DNA of 64,000 nucleotides from a bacterium (GCA_016125005.1 WGMQ01000030.1:101-64100); one strand, 5' to 3'; numbered from the stretch's first letter, positions 28,601-38,464 are shown. The notes: generated from the letters alone by a model not told the origin. Translations and numbers: made by a program.

Positions 28601-30539
28601 CCAGCAGGAGCGCCCGTGCGTAAGAATGCAGGATCTCCTGATCCCCCGGCATGGCGAGGTGCGCCTTTTCATAGTACGGAATCGTCTCCGCCGAGTAGTC
28701 GCGCTGAGCGATTAGCACGCGGCTGAGAGCCACCGCCACCTTGGGGTTGCGGGGAGCCTTCTCGTGAAGGCGCAGGTAGAGTCGACGCGCCTCGTCGTAT
28801 TCACCACGATTGAAGGCAGACTCGGCCATGCCGCGCAGGCGCGCGAAGAGGACCTGCCGGGTGACGATAAACGCAGTATAGCCGAGAATCAGGATGATCG
28901 CCAGTCCACCCGCGGTGATCCAGACGATGTTCTTGCGGAAGGCGACCTTGAACTGGAGTGAGCCGAACTCCTTGTTCGTGGGATCGAACTCGGCCAGCAG
29001 GGCGGCGGGCTTGCTCGCCTCGTCCCACTTGGCCTCGTTCATGAGTTGGTCGACTTCCTCGCGCCACTTGGCAGCCTGACCTTCGGCATACTCGCGCCGG
29101 TTGCGATCAAGCTGGGCGTAGGCAAGGTCGAGAGTGCCGGTATGGCTGACAGTGCCCGCATAGGTCGACCAAGGCACGCTCGTTGGCCAGAGATCCGCCC
29201 CGACAATATAGGGAGTCTTGAATCCGTTGAGCGTTCCGCCGTCGGCGCCGCTCATGCCAACCACCTGCGCCCCGGCGGGGCCGATGATGGTCAGGACGCT
29301 GTTCTGCAGGTCGCTTTTCTCGAGGGCCCCCTCACGCTTGCCCAAGGGACGCTGACCGTTGTTGGTCACCCACTCGTCCAGGTTGGTGGTCATGGTCAGG
29401 GTACGCTTAAGACCAAAGGCCGCCTCGGGGTAGCGCCCGGGAATGGGGATCAGCGCGGCCGAGGTATTCGCTCCGGTGAACACGCTGATGTCCTCGGCCA
29501 CAACGGTGAGCGCCTGTGGATCGTAGACGGTGACACCGCTGTCGGCCACCTGCATGATGCGGGCGGGCCCAACGCCACCGGATTTCTTCAGCAGAAGCGG
29601 ACTCGAAACGGGCGTGCCACGCACCGGGGCAGGGCCAATGCGCTTCTCCGCCCAGCGCCCTCCCGACTTGCTGGCTGAGTACTGAAGCCCGACCATTTCA
29701 CCCTTTGCGAAGGAGACGAAAACCTCGTCCTGACCGTCGCTATTCACATCGTAGAGCAGGGGGGAAACGAGGATGGGGCTCAGCTGGACAACGATGATGT
29801 TTTCCGCGACGTCGATACCGTCGGGGCGGCGGCGGTTCTGCACCTGGTCAGAAAGTGCGTCGATAATGACCACACTTCCGTCCTTGGTGGCCGCAACCAC
29901 GTCGAGCCGCTGGCTGTTGCGCACATGGCCGACGACAACCGGGGACTGGACTGCCGAGCGGGTGCTCTCGGCCCAGTGCTCGGTGATCGCCTTTGCAGAG
30001 TCCACGGAGTAGCAGCGAACAGAGCCGTCGTTGTCGACCAGGACGACGCGGTCCTTCACCCCGAGTGGGCTCTCGCTATCGGGCACGGTGACCACGGTCG
30101 GCTGGAGGCTGAAGCTGGAGCTCACTTTCCGCTCGGCGAGGATCTCGAGCGTGGTACCCCGCAGGATCACCAGGCGCCCGCTGCCGGTACCGACAGCGAT
30201 GTCGCGCTGGCCCATGCCGAAGAAGTCGCCAATCACAGGCGCCGTGAGCGAGTCGTCGTCCCCGGGCAGCTTGAAGCGCCGCAATTCCGCGCCTGTCACC
30301 GCATTGTGGACACGCACATTACCGCGCACATCGGTGATCACCAGTTCCGGTTCGGCCGTGCCGTACAGGTCTGATGCGACCATGATATTTGGATTGGTTA
30401 GTCCCAGCCTTGTCTGCACATAGGCAGGCTCAAGCGCGTCCGTGCTTGATTGGGCCGACACGTTCGAGGAGATGGCGGCAACCAGCAGCAGGGCTGCATT
30501 GAGCCACACCGCACGCCGACGGGTAAATTTTGGGGGCAT
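25623..30539 (-). CDS. giant exported FG-GAP-like / TM / TPR-array protein with C-terminal Ser/Thr protein kinase domain
   Basis: Start moved to ATG 30539 (MPPKFTRRRAVWLNAALLLVAAISSNVSAQS signal peptide). Features in order: FG-GAP/VCBS-like repeats (VIGDFFGMGQRDIAVGT; LLYDVNSDGQDEVFVS), one TM helix (IVWITAGGLAIILILGYTAFIV), about 1000 aa of TPR-like repeats, and Hanks kinase motifs at the extreme C-terminus (GRGAMGIVYRA, VALKIL, HRDIKPANIM, DFGIAK, GTPLYMSPE). Confidence 0.9.
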   Translation of the reverse strand: MPPKFTRRRAVWLNAALLLVAAISSNVSAQSSTDALEPAYVQTRLGLTNPNIMVASDLYGTAEPELVITDVRGNVRVHNAVTGAELRRFKLPGDDDSLTAPVIGDFFGMGQRDIAVGTGSGRLVILRGTTLEILAERKVSSSFSLQPTVVTVPDSESPLGVKDRVVLVDNDGSVRCYSVDSAKAITEHWAESTRSAVQSPVVVGHVRNSQRLDVVAATKDGSVVIIDALSDQVQNRRRPDGIDVAENIIVVQLSPILVSPLLYDVNSDGQDEVFVSFAKGEMVGLQYSASKSGGRWAEKRIGPAPVRGTPVSSPLLLKKSGGVGPARIMQVADSGVTVYDPQALTVVAEDISVFTGANTSAALIPIPGRYPEAAFGLKRTLTMTTNLDEWVTNNGQRPLGKREGALEKSDLQNSVLTIIGPAGAQVVGMSGADGGTLNGFKTPYIVGADLWPTSVPWSTYAGTVSHTGTLDLAYAQLDRNRREYAEGQAAKWREEVDQLMNEAKWDEASKPAALLAEFDPTNKEFGSLQFKVAFRKNIVWITAGGLAIILILGYTAFIVTRQVLFARLRGMAESAFNRGEYDEARRLYLRLHEKAPRNPKVAVALSRVLIAQRDYSAETIPYYEKAHLAMPGDQEILHSYARALLLEPTTTAAAGTIYEKAMASFPEPHLLEYGLGRVSLAAGAYEEAGKRLRAALRGGVTSPALYRALCETYIRTGNFTAKALPVFEQQYPTRLDDREFLEAYLLACIDGKKSDAQVESLCQAVLDLNSNFVPAYLHLASILLQKNQVGQAIEEVKSALRVSPQDQTAILMLAQCCLVQNRRDEEGLHAYRLALRLRPEDKDLLRMLATVFFERGVYDEEALEIYQRSIEANPGDVTTLRALAQAAQLTANFDLAIRSIEALANSGQVNQKLTAQLADAYVKLRVVEPKAERVLRDAIRHEPNNAEYLAALARVLIAQDRTEAECISVYENHLRNYKDDIATGRQLAKSYIKADRYENALGVTQRFLKVAPGDDELQRLNALASLYDNKIDEAVAEYQRILSRNANDPEALVNLALAYGQKLRIDEEAAKLYAKALGIQPENDRLQMAMARVYVSRNDLVRAVECYKLAAKVNPENPQAVVGHITTLLNEYPEVLRVRWFFVELLVSLGYFREALEQLDFIGRSHAGQENNILRALESILAKDANNLTALLMRGQMLLAASAFDDACRMLEKAYQLRPSEPVVIEKLATVYTALLDKKDSPETRFKLGRLYFAQQEFDKAIGCFQKTAQDYRWEAESTKMLGKCFTNKGMLDLALQEFKKLVVDDETKELLYDLAQRYEAKRDLVGAKTVYRQLFAADINYKDVQTRFEMLSGSTSDPMAFEKTSIVQQMSEEAARRYELLDELGRGAMGIVYRARDKELEEVVALKILPDNMSNNPEAVRRFKIEARNARKLSHPHIVRIHDIGEEMGRKYISMEYVDGSDLKRQMKSAPNFKLPTKDVLKYSIQIADALAYAHRVGVVHRDIKPANIMLTSGDDVKVTDFGIAKLMDGAGEGTMIGAVIGTPLYMSPEQVQGIPVDNRADIYAFGIMFYELLNGRPPFTEGDLAYQHIHREPTPIEGLPPGLWEAVSKCLQKKKEDRWEHAELIVEELKKLSRTL

Positions 30540-30704
30540 GATGGAGTATGGCCTCTTCACCGAGCAGCAGATTACTGTCACAAGTCGGCCCTTCAGTTGA
30601 CTGTAGGAATACCCTTCAGCCTCAGAATTGACAGACTGCCGCCTGTCTGCAAGGCGGAAAGCCTCTGAAGGGGCCTCAACGAGATTAAGTGATTCCGCAG
30701 GAAA

Positions 30705-31829
30705 TTACAGCCGGGTTTGCTCCATGAACCGCCCGATGTGGTTCGTGACGTCGCCCATGAAGAGGAAGCCGACCAATTCGCGGCCATGAAAGACCGGGAG
30801 CGAGTGGCGCGCGTGCTCGCCAAGACGCTGGTAGGCGACGAAGGCCGGGACTTCCGGCGACAGCAACTCCTTGTCGGCCCATGGGCGAACAAGGCGCTCG
30901 ACAGTCACCTTGTCCCACTGATCGTGCGGTACGCCAGCCACGTCGTTTGCCGAAAGATACCCGAGCAGCGCATCGCCCCGGACCACCGCGTAACGGTCTC
31001 CGCCAAGCCGGTTGAAGGCGGAACGCACCGCCCACTGGAGCGAAGCGTCGGCAGGAATAACGACCTCAACCGGGCGCATCAAGTCGCCCACCCGCACGGC
31101 GTCGACGGCCGAACGGACCTGCGTCTGTCTGTAGGAACTAACCGCCAGCCAACGGATAAACAATCCGGTGAGGATCAGGAAGATGCCCGAAAAGCTCCCC
31201 ATGAGGATCTCGATGACACCCAGGCTGGCGATCAGGATTCCGATGAACTGCCCGCCGCGCGATGCCCACTTGGTCGCCTGCAACATGTCGCCACTGGCCC
31301 ACCAGATGGCCGCCCGCAGCATGCGACCGCCGTCCATGGGAAATCCGGGTAGCAGGTTGAAGATCGCAAAGACCAGGTTGATGAAAAGCAGCATCTCGGC
31401 CACGAGATGCACGTGGGCCGGAATGGGCAATGCAGCCATTCCCATCATCGCGCCAAAGCATAGCAAAGCCAGGATCAGCGACACCAGCGGGCCGGCGCCA
31501 GCGATCAGGAACTCCTGCATGGGCGTCTTGGGCTCAGAGCGGATTTCTGCCATGCCTCCGAACAGGAACAGGGTGATGCGCTCGGTCCGGATGCCGAATC
31601 GCCGCGCCGTCAGCGCGTGACCATATTCGTGGAATAACAGCGAGAGGAACGCCAGAAGGACCCCGCCCAGTGCCCAAGGGAGCGCTACGGCCGTGGAGAT
31701 GCTGCCTTCTTCTTCGAGCATTTGCGTCCATCCCATGGTCATCACGGCCAGCACGATGAACCAGCTCGGATGAATCCGAACTGGGATGCCGAAGTAGCGA
31801 CCGAGGGAAATGCCGGAGTTGCCGAACAT
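30705..31829 (-). CDS. site-2 (M50) family zinc metalloprotease with C-terminal CBS pair
   Basis: Start moved to ATG 31829 (MFGNSGISLGRYFGIPVRIHPSW). It has the HEYGHAL zinc site and a polytopic core, then CBS-like VGDLMRPVEVV and VVRGDALLGYLSANDV. The rest of the 639-aa ORF is antisense to the next gene. Confidence 0.85.
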   Translation of the reverse strand: MFGNSGISLGRYFGIPVRIHPSWFIVLAVMTMGWTQMLEEEGSISTAVALPWALGGVLLAFLSLLFHEYGHALTARRFGIRTERITLFLFGGMAEIRSEPKTPMQEFLIAGAGPLVSLILALLCFGAMMGMAALPIPAHVHLVAEMLLFINLVFAIFNLLPGFPMDGGRMLRAAIWWASGDMLQATKWASRGGQFIGILIASLGVIEILMGSFSGIFLILTGLFIRWLAVSSYRQTQVRSAVDAVRVGDLMRPVEVVIPADASLQWAVRSAFNRLGGDRYAVVRGDALLGYLSANDVAGVPHDQWDKVTVERLVRPWADKELLSPEVPAFVAYQRLGEHARHSLPVFHGRELVGFLFMGDVTNHIGRFMEQTRL

Positions 31830-31937
31830 GGGGGGCCCTTGTGGTAAGTGCCCCCGTGCTGATCTGCCGTTGCGCCGCTCGGGGGCGTCTGACATGAAGG
31901 GTGACGCAACTTCCCTGCCCAAGGAAAGCACAAAACC

Positions 31938-32483
31938 ATGCCGGTCTTCCCCTTCGAAGGAAAAGTTCCCAAAATCCATCCCACCGCCTTCATCGCCCCG
32001 AATGCCATCGTCATGGGCGATGTGGAGATCGGCGAGTATGCCTCCATCTGGTATGGGGTCGTGCTGCGCGGTGATTTGGATCCGATCCGCATCGGGGCGC
32101 GCACGAACGTGCAGGACAATTCGGTGCTGCACACCGGTCTGAACGAGCCCTGCATCGTGGGTGACGAAGTGACCATCGGTCACGCCGCCATCGTTCACGG
32201 CTGCGAAGTGCGCCGCGGCTCCCTCATCGGCATGGGCGCCTGCGTGCTCAATCGTTCGATCATTGGCGAGGATTGCATCGTCGGCGCGAAGGCGCTGGTG
32301 ACCGAAGGAAAGATCTTCGAGCCGCGCACGATGATCCTTGGTGCCCCCGCCAAGGCGATCCGAGCCTTGAAAGAAGACGACCTGCAGCCGGTCCGTATCT
32401 TTATGCACCGTTATGTGGAGAACGGCACCCGCCATCGTCGCGCCATCGAGGAATGGCAGCAGTCCAACGGCATGCGCATGTAA
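31938..32483 (+). CDS. gamma-carbonic-anhydrase-like hexapeptide-repeat protein (YrdA/PaaY family)
   Basis: HPTAFIAPNAIVMGDVEIGEYASIWYGVVLRGDLDPIRIGARTNVQDNSVLH shows left-handed beta-helix repeats with the family histidines. Confidence 0.85.
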   Translation: MPVFPFEGKVPKIHPTAFIAPNAIVMGDVEIGEYASIWYGVVLRGDLDPIRIGARTNVQDNSVLHTGLNEPCIVGDEVTIGHAAIVHGCEVRRGSLIGMGACVLNRSIIGEDCIVGAKALVTEGKIFEPRTMILGAPAKAIRALKEDDLQPVRIFMHRYVENGTRHRRAIEEWQQSNGMRM

Positions 32484-32510
32484 CCGACCCCGGCATACGA
32501 GAGCCATTCC

Positions 32511-34250
32511 GTGGAGACACGCCGTCTTTTCCTTCCCGCCTGCGTCCTGCTCTTCGGCGGGTGGCTCCTGCTTGCACTCACCGAGGCATGGCAAAAAAGC
32601 TTCACCAATGATGAACTCCCGCACCTGGCTTCAGGCCTCGCAGTGCTTGAGTATGGCGATTTCCGCATCAACCCGGAGCACCCTCCCCTCGTCAAGGTTC
32701 TCGCGGCCCTCCCGCTGTGGCTTCTCGCCAAGCCGGATCTGACCGGGGACCTTTTCCGCGAGGTCGTGGACGCGCGAGTACCATTCTACTACTCGCTCTC
32801 CGATCAGGTACCCTGGGGGTACTACATCTTCTTCATGGCACGGGGGGAATCCCCTCAGATTCCGCTCTTTCTCGGGAGGCTGGTTCCCGTTGCCATCGGG
32901 CTGCTCGGTGGATGGTTGGCGCTCTGGTGGGGACGGCACCTAAGTCGATCCCCTTGGGGTGGACTGCTTTCGGCGCTCTTCGTCTTGTATTACCCGGAGT
33001 ACATGGGGCACGCGGCCTACGTGACGCTCGACGTACCAACGCTGGTCGCAACGGGTGCGCTCTCAACGGCGGCGGTTTTTTGGTGGCGGCGACCCGGATG
33101 GGTCGCTGGCGCCGTCTGGGTGGTGACAGCATGCCTCGCGACATTGGTCAAGCTGCCGGTCTCAATCGCCTGCGCGGTCACGGGCTTTGCGCTGCTGACG
33201 CTGGCCTTGGCGCATCGCCGCATCCGTGTCGCCACGTTGATCCTCGGCGTCGTCACACTCCTGGCCATCTACACAACGCAGTGGGCTGCGGCTGGATTCC
33301 GGTTCAAGCATGCGCGCCCAACGCCCGAGTTGATCCAGGCTAGTCCCTATATCCCCACGGGCGTCCTGCCGCCGGACGCGGAGCCGACACAGCGGCTGGT
33401 GAATTTCTGCTGGCGTCATCGCCTCCTCCCCGAGTCGACGCTGGCAACCCTGAACCACGCGGGAGGATTCGGGAAGTCTTACTTCCTCTTCGGGGAGTCC
33501 CGCGGCCGCGGCTGGCTCTCATACTTCGGGTGGACGACAATCTACAAGAGCCCGTTGGCATGGCTCGCCGGTGCCGTGGTGCTGGGCGGCGTGTCGCTGT
33601 GGCGCAGGGTGCGCCGCGGTGGGCGGATTGGCGGAGCCCGGCGAGACCATCTCGTGCTACTCCTTGCCGCTCCCGTTGTGCTCCTGGCGGCGGTGGTGAT
33701 GTCGCGTCACAATCTGGGCCATCGCTACATCCTCTTCATGGTTTTTCCGGTGGGAATACTCGTCGGAACGGAATGCTGGCGATGGATCCGGCGCCCCGAT
33801 TGGCGCCGGTGGTTTGCTGGCGCCGTGCTGGCTGGCTCGCTCGTTCCGGCCCTGACTTCCTGGCCCAACGGCGCCACCTACTTCAACGTGTTGGCTGGCC
33901 CGCCCGAGGAGGCCCAGCGCATCCTGAGGGACAGCAACCTTGATTGGGGACAGGACGTGGCGGCTCTGGCGCTCTGGTACTCACGGGAGGAACTCACGGA
34001 CATCAACCTGGCGCTGGACGGACACAACCGACCGGGGCCCTACGGCATCTCGCCCTATCGCTGGGTCGATCCCGCCGGCGGACCACTCTTTTACGCGCCA
34101 CTCCAGCCGCTCGACTCATCGCTTTACACGGCAGTGAGCGCCAATCGACTGGAGGGGATGCGAAAGCTCTATCCCGAAGCCCTCAGCGGCGCTCCGGTTC
34201 ATCGGATCAACAGCATCCTGATCTATCCGCCGCTCACGCCCGCCAGATGA
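32511..34250 (+). CDS. GT-C membrane glycosyltransferase (family 39 / ArnT-PMT-like)
   Basis: FTNDELPHLASGLAVLEYGDFRINPEHPPLVKVLAALPLW is the characteristic first-loop DE..hPPL motif. It has many TM helices and a soluble C-terminal domain. GTG start. Confidence 0.6.
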   Translation: METRRLFLPACVLLFGGWLLLALTEAWQKSFTNDELPHLASGLAVLEYGDFRINPEHPPLVKVLAALPLWLLAKPDLTGDLFREVVDARVPFYYSLSDQVPWGYYIFFMARGESPQIPLFLGRLVPVAIGLLGGWLALWWGRHLSRSPWGGLLSALFVLYYPEYMGHAAYVTLDVPTLVATGALSTAAVFWWRRPGWVAGAVWVVTACLATLVKLPVSIACAVTGFALLTLALAHRRIRVATLILGVVTLLAIYTTQWAAAGFRFKHARPTPELIQASPYIPTGVLPPDAEPTQRLVNFCWRHRLLPESTLATLNHAGGFGKSYFLFGESRGRGWLSYFGWTTIYKSPLAWLAGAVVLGGVSLWRRVRRGGRIGGARRDHLVLLLAAPVVLLAAVVMSRHNLGHRYILFMVFPVGILVGTECWRWIRRPDWRRWFAGAVLAGSLVPALTSWPNGATYFNVLAGPPEEAQRILRDSNLDWGQDVAALALWYSREELTDINLALDGHNRPGPYGISPYRWVDPAGGPLFYAPLQPLDSSLYTAVSANRLEGMRKLYPEALSGAPVHRINSILIYPPLTPAR

Positions 34251-35781
34251 TCTTTGCTCGGGTGAAGAGCGCCACGACCCAGGAGAGTGCGAGGGTCTTG
34301 GTCATCGACCAGATAAACATCCGCCAGTAGCGCCACACATCGCCGACCGGCACATTGCCCGCCAGTTTGGTGAAGGCCCAGTTTTCGAGAGTGAAGGTGC
34401 CGAACGGAAAGCCCACAATCGGCGCCAGTAGGTTGCGGATGGCCACATAGGCCAGCATGGGATTCTGACCGTTGGCGATCAGCAACCAGAACCAGCGCTG
34501 CTTCTTGTAAAGGTCGATCCAGATGGTGAAGGAAATCAGCATCAGGATCGAGAGCCCCGTGCTGACAAAGTAGTAGCTTGCATTCGAGGGGTCCTTCTTG
34601 ATCCCGCCTTCCAGCGGCTCACAGAGCAGCCCCAGCACCAGCCAGAACGATCCCCAGCCAAGCAGCCCCTTAAGCAAAACGTCCGTCTTCGTCTGGCTTG
34701 GGAAGCTGCGGATCACGTACCAGACCAGCCCCAGCAACGGGATCACAGTCAGCGCGGTGGCGAACACCCAGCGGCCGTGCAATCCCACGTGAATTCCCAC
34801 GATGACCAGCAGGCAGAAAACCGACAAAAACCCGATTGGAAGCGTCCCGCGACCATGATCCTCCGCGCGGTCAGACCGCTTCATCCAGTCCAACAGGATG
34901 TCGCCGACAATAGTGCCGGGGATCACGATCAGCAGGTACTTCACAAACATGAACTGGTAGGCCCAAGTGAAATCCTTGAAGCCGAGGTGTTCGCTGCACC
35001 AAGCCGCCACCCCGGCGGGTAGACGAGGAGTGGCGACAATGTTCACCCAGGAGCCGGAGACCTTGTCCGCCTGGATCGCAGCGGCCACCACGGCCATGAC
35101 GGCAAGGCGCGCGACGAGATTGCCTCGCGTCCACAACCAGACGATCGATCCCCACACCGCCATGTTGGAGAGGACGAGCAGGATGATGTTGGATCGGTAA
35201 AGGTTGAAGCGGGTTCCGAGCGATCCCTCGGGGAATCGTAGCCAGTACATGAGCAGAACGGCACCGACCAGCCCACCGCCTCGGATCCACGCGACGGTCG
35301 ATTTCGAGAAACTGTCAGGCATTCGGACCAGCATGGGGAACAGAAGCGCGAATCCCAGCAACGCCTGAAGCTGCACCCACGCATCCGGATTATTGCTGAT
35401 CGTGCTGGGGGTGATGTGCTGGACATAGATGGCAAAGGCGACCAAACAGGCACCGCGGCCAAAAACCCCGGCGAGGATTCGCCACTGGGCCACCCCCTTG
35501 GCGATGCGGCTGCTCAGGGCAAACGGGAAGGCCGCCCCCATGGAGAATAGGAACGCGGGGAAAACCAGGTCCACCCAGGTGTAGCCCGGTAGCGTGGCGG
35601 TGTACTTCAGGCCGGGAAACCCCATGGTTCCAGCGTACTGCGCGTGATACATCCAGCTGGGGAGACCTCCCCACGGGACCACCCCGCTGATGCACATGGC
35701 GATGATGGCCCATCCCCTGAGGGCATCCAGCGCCAGCGCCCGCGGGGCGCTCGGTTTGGCAACGGCAGCGGCCTCGGACAT
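34234..35781 (-). CDS. DUF5009 / heparan-alpha-glucosaminide N-acetyltransferase-like membrane protein
   Basis: Start moved to ATG 35781. RALALDALRGWAIIAMCISG is the family N-terminal motif. About 11 TM helices. Confidence 0.6.
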   Translation of the reverse strand: MSEAAAVAKPSAPRALALDALRGWAIIAMCISGVVPWGGLPSWMYHAQYAGTMGFPGLKYTATLPGYTWVDLVFPAFLFSMGAAFPFALSSRIAKGVAQWRILAGVFGRGACLVAFAIYVQHITPSTISNNPDAWVQLQALLGFALLFPMLVRMPDSFSKSTVAWIRGGGLVGAVLLMYWLRFPEGSLGTRFNLYRSNIILLVLSNMAVWGSIVWLWTRGNLVARLAVMAVVAAAIQADKVSGSWVNIVATPRLPAGVAAWCSEHLGFKDFTWAYQFMFVKYLLIVIPGTIVGDILLDWMKRSDRAEDHGRGTLPIGFLSVFCLLVIVGIHVGLHGRWVFATALTVIPLLGLVWYVIRSFPSQTKTDVLLKGLLGWGSFWLVLGLLCEPLEGGIKKDPSNASYYFVSTGLSILMLISFTIWIDLYKKQRWFWLLIANGQNPMLAYVAIRNLLAPIVGFPFGTFTLENWAFTKLAGNVPVGDVWRYWRMFIWSMTKTLALSWVVALFTRAKIIWRA

Positions 35782-35970
35782 TTCCGACTCCCTGTTTTGG
35801 CAAGCAATTCCGCTCCAAAGGATACCCACCGCCCCGGGGGAGCAAACCGATTGTTGCCTGTTATTCTATTGCCTGCTGGCCGTGCGGCGGGAATTTCCAC
35901 AACTTCCTGCTTGAGTCTAGCGACGGCAAGGGGGAAACAAGGACAAGACTCTGTTGGGGATAGGAGCGTC

Positions 35971-36843
35971 ATGGTGCTTCGTCAATTTACCGCAGCCGCT
36001 GTTGTGGCCATCGCAATGATCGGCAGTCCGTCATTGGCCATTGACTGGTCCGTCATGCTGACCGACGGCCAGGCCGCCGCCCTGCCGGAAGCAGCGCGCG
36101 CCCCCTACCAGGAGGCCGTCCGTCTCAATGACCGCGTGGCCCTCGATTCGGTGGTGACGGAGTTGGCAAAGGCAGCCTCCCTCGCGGAGGACCACATCGA
36201 CCTCCAGTTCCTGCTGCTCGGCCGCGCCCGTGACCGTGCGATGAACTACTACGGGACGGCCAGCTACACCGTCGATAACAACGCGCTCCCCATGGCCTTC
36301 AACTCACCGCCCAACATGGTGGCCGAGCCCTACCTCGACATCGCCGACACCGCCATCCGTCGCCTCAGCGGCAACTCCTCGCTGAACGCGGAGCAGCGTC
36401 GCCGCCTTGAGGCACAGGGAAAGGCCATTGCTGAGCTTCGCTCGGGGCTTGAGGCTCGGGATCAGGCCCGCGCAAAAGTCGGCTTCCCCCTGATCGAGAT
36501 GATCCGCGCAGATCGCCTCGAATACCTCGACTCGAAGACTGAGAAGGACGACCCGCTCGATCCGTTCGCAGCGTATGCGAAGGGCGTGAATAAGTCTCCC
36601 GACTCGCCGGACGCGACGACCGAGACAGGTACCATTGATCCGTTCGCCCTTCTCCCCGGCGAAGTTGTCTCCAACTTCCTTCCCCCGTCGCCGGCCCCGG
36701 TCAACAACTTTGGTCCCGAGTTCGGCAACCAGCCGCAGCAGTTGGATGAGTTCGGCAACCCCATCACCGCGCCGCAGAATGTCGGTGGCGCGCTGGCGGA
36801 CCCGGGCGTTCCCGCCTTTGGACCAGAGGACGGCGGAAAGTAA
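35971..36843 (+). CDS. hypothetical exported protein with Pro-rich C-terminus
   Basis: Start moved to ATG 35971. MVLRQFTAAAVVAIAMIGSPSLA is a signal peptide. No family recognised. Confidence 0.55.
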   Translation: MVLRQFTAAAVVAIAMIGSPSLAIDWSVMLTDGQAAALPEAARAPYQEAVRLNDRVALDSVVTELAKAASLAEDHIDLQFLLLGRARDRAMNYYGTASYTVDNNALPMAFNSPPNMVAEPYLDIADTAIRRLSGNSSLNAEQRRRLEAQGKAIAELRSGLEARDQARAKVGFPLIEMIRADRLEYLDSKTEKDDPLDPFAAYAKGVNKSPDSPDATTETGTIDPFALLPGEVVSNFLPPSPAPVNNFGPEFGNQPQQLDEFGNPITAPQNVGGALADPGVPAFGPEDGGK

Positions 36844-36886
36844 CCGCTCAACACCCCTTGCACTCCACCCACCGGACTTCCCCCTG

Positions 36887-37714
36887 ATGACTTCCATTGC
36901 GGTTAACAACCGTCTGGACACGCTCTTTGCCAAGTGCCGCGCCGAGAATCGCGCCGCGCTGATTCTCTATTTGACGGCCGGCTTCCCGACCGCCGCCCAC
37001 ACCCGCCGGTTGCTTCCCGTACTGGCCGAGGCAGGGTGCGATCTGGTCGAACTCGGCATTCCCTTCAGCGATCCCATCGCAGACGGGCCAGTCATCCAGA
37101 GGGCTTCCGCCGTCGCGCTGGATGCAGGGATGACCTACCCGCAGGCGCTCGACATGATGTCGGAGTTCCGCCGCTCCCACCAGACGCCGGTCATCTTCTT
37201 CGGGGCCTACAATCCGTTCCTGTATCGCGGCATGGATCAGGTCGCCGATGACCTGGCCAAGGCAGGCGCCGAAGGGATTCTGGCGGCTGACCTCCCCCTC
37301 GATGAGTCGGGTGAGGTGCGCGACGTGCTCGCCTCCCGGAACCTTCATCTCGTGACGCTCGTGGCGCCGACCACGCCGGAGCGCCGTCTCGCCTCGTTTG
37401 CCGATCAGTGCACAGGCTTCATTTACTGCATTTCCTACAAGGGGACCACCGGCACCCAGGAGGTCACCACCGACCTGATCTCTGACTATCTAGGTCGCCT
37501 CCGTCGCCACCTCTCGATCCCTCTGGCTTTGGGCTTCGGCATCAAGCGCCCGGCCGATGTCCGCACCGCTGTCGATACGGGGGCGGATGCAGTCGTGGTG
37601 GGGACCGCCCTGATCGAGTGCATCGAAAAGGCGATCGCGGAAGGGGCGGATTTGGAAAAGACAGTGTTCGATTACGTTTCGTCATTGACGAAGGAGTTGC
37701 CGCGCCGGCGATAA
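36887..37714 (+). CDS. trpA: tryptophan synthase alpha chain (no trpB adjacent)
   Basis: Start moved to ATG 36887. ALILYLTAGFP, ELGIPFSDPIADGPVIQ and GFGI are TrpA signatures. Confidence 0.9.
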   Translation: MTSIAVNNRLDTLFAKCRAENRAALILYLTAGFPTAAHTRRLLPVLAEAGCDLVELGIPFSDPIADGPVIQRASAVALDAGMTYPQALDMMSEFRRSHQTPVIFFGAYNPFLYRGMDQVADDLAKAGAEGILAADLPLDESGEVRDVLASRNLHLVTLVAPTTPERRLASFADQCTGFIYCISYKGTTGTQEVTTDLISDYLGRLRRHLSIPLALGFGIKRPADVRTAVDTGADAVVVGTALIECIEKAIAEGADLEKTVFDYVSSLTKELPRRR

Positions 37715-37798
37715 GGGCGCGCACAAAGTCGGCGTCGGCTGACTGGGGATTGAACTCCTCCCGGAACGCATCGGGAGGCAGGGGGAAGGGCTGGCCTG

Positions 37799-38464
37799 AT
37801 GGCGCCGGATCAAATCGGCTCGTGTTATTCGTGGGCCACCATGATGGTCGCCCGAGCCATCGCGGTATTGTGGCTGCCTGTCTTTCACCGTTACCGATCA
37901 CGTGACATCAAGCATGTTCCCACCGCTGGGGCGGTCATTCTGGCGCCAAACCACACCAGTTATCTGGACCCAGTGGTCATCACCTACCCGCTTCGGCACC
38001 GGCGACTCTACTATCTTGCATGGCACCAGTTGTTCGCGAATCGCTATTTCGCGGCCCTGATTCGGCGGCTGGGGGCCATTCCCTTGGATACCGACCGGCG
38101 CGCAGATCGGGCCGCGTTTGAGGCAGCCCTGGCGCTACTCCGCGATGGAGAGGCGGTTTGCCTGTTTCCAGAGGGCATTCGAGGTTGGGACGGCCAACTG
38201 TATTCCCTTCAATCGGGAGTCGCCCGCCTGGCGGTGGCCAGCGGCGCGCCCATTATCCCGGTGGCGGTAAGCGGAACGCTGGAGGCCTGGCCCCGATGGC
38301 GGCGCCTGCCACGCGCCTTCGTGCCCATTACCGTGCGCTTTCTGCCGCCGATCCTCCCCCGCCCCGCGGCGACCTCCGCAGAGCGTAAAGCAGAAACACT
38401 GCGTCTCATGGGGGAATTGCGGGATTCGCTGACACAGGCGCTGGAACGCCCCGCCAGGCACTGA
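37799..38464 (+). CDS. plsC: 1-acyl-sn-glycerol-3-phosphate acyltransferase family protein
   Basis: NHTSYLDP (HxxxxD) and FPEGIRG motifs, plus PIIPVAV. Confidence 0.8.
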   Translation: MAPDQIGSCYSWATMMVARAIAVLWLPVFHRYRSRDIKHVPTAGAVILAPNHTSYLDPVVITYPLRHRRLYYLAWHQLFANRYFAALIRRLGAIPLDTDRRADRAAFEAALALLRDGEAVCLFPEGIRGWDGQLYSLQSGVARLAVASGAPIIPVAVSGTLEAWPRWRRLPRAFVPITVRFLPPILPRPAATSAERKAETLRLMGELRDSLTQALERPARH

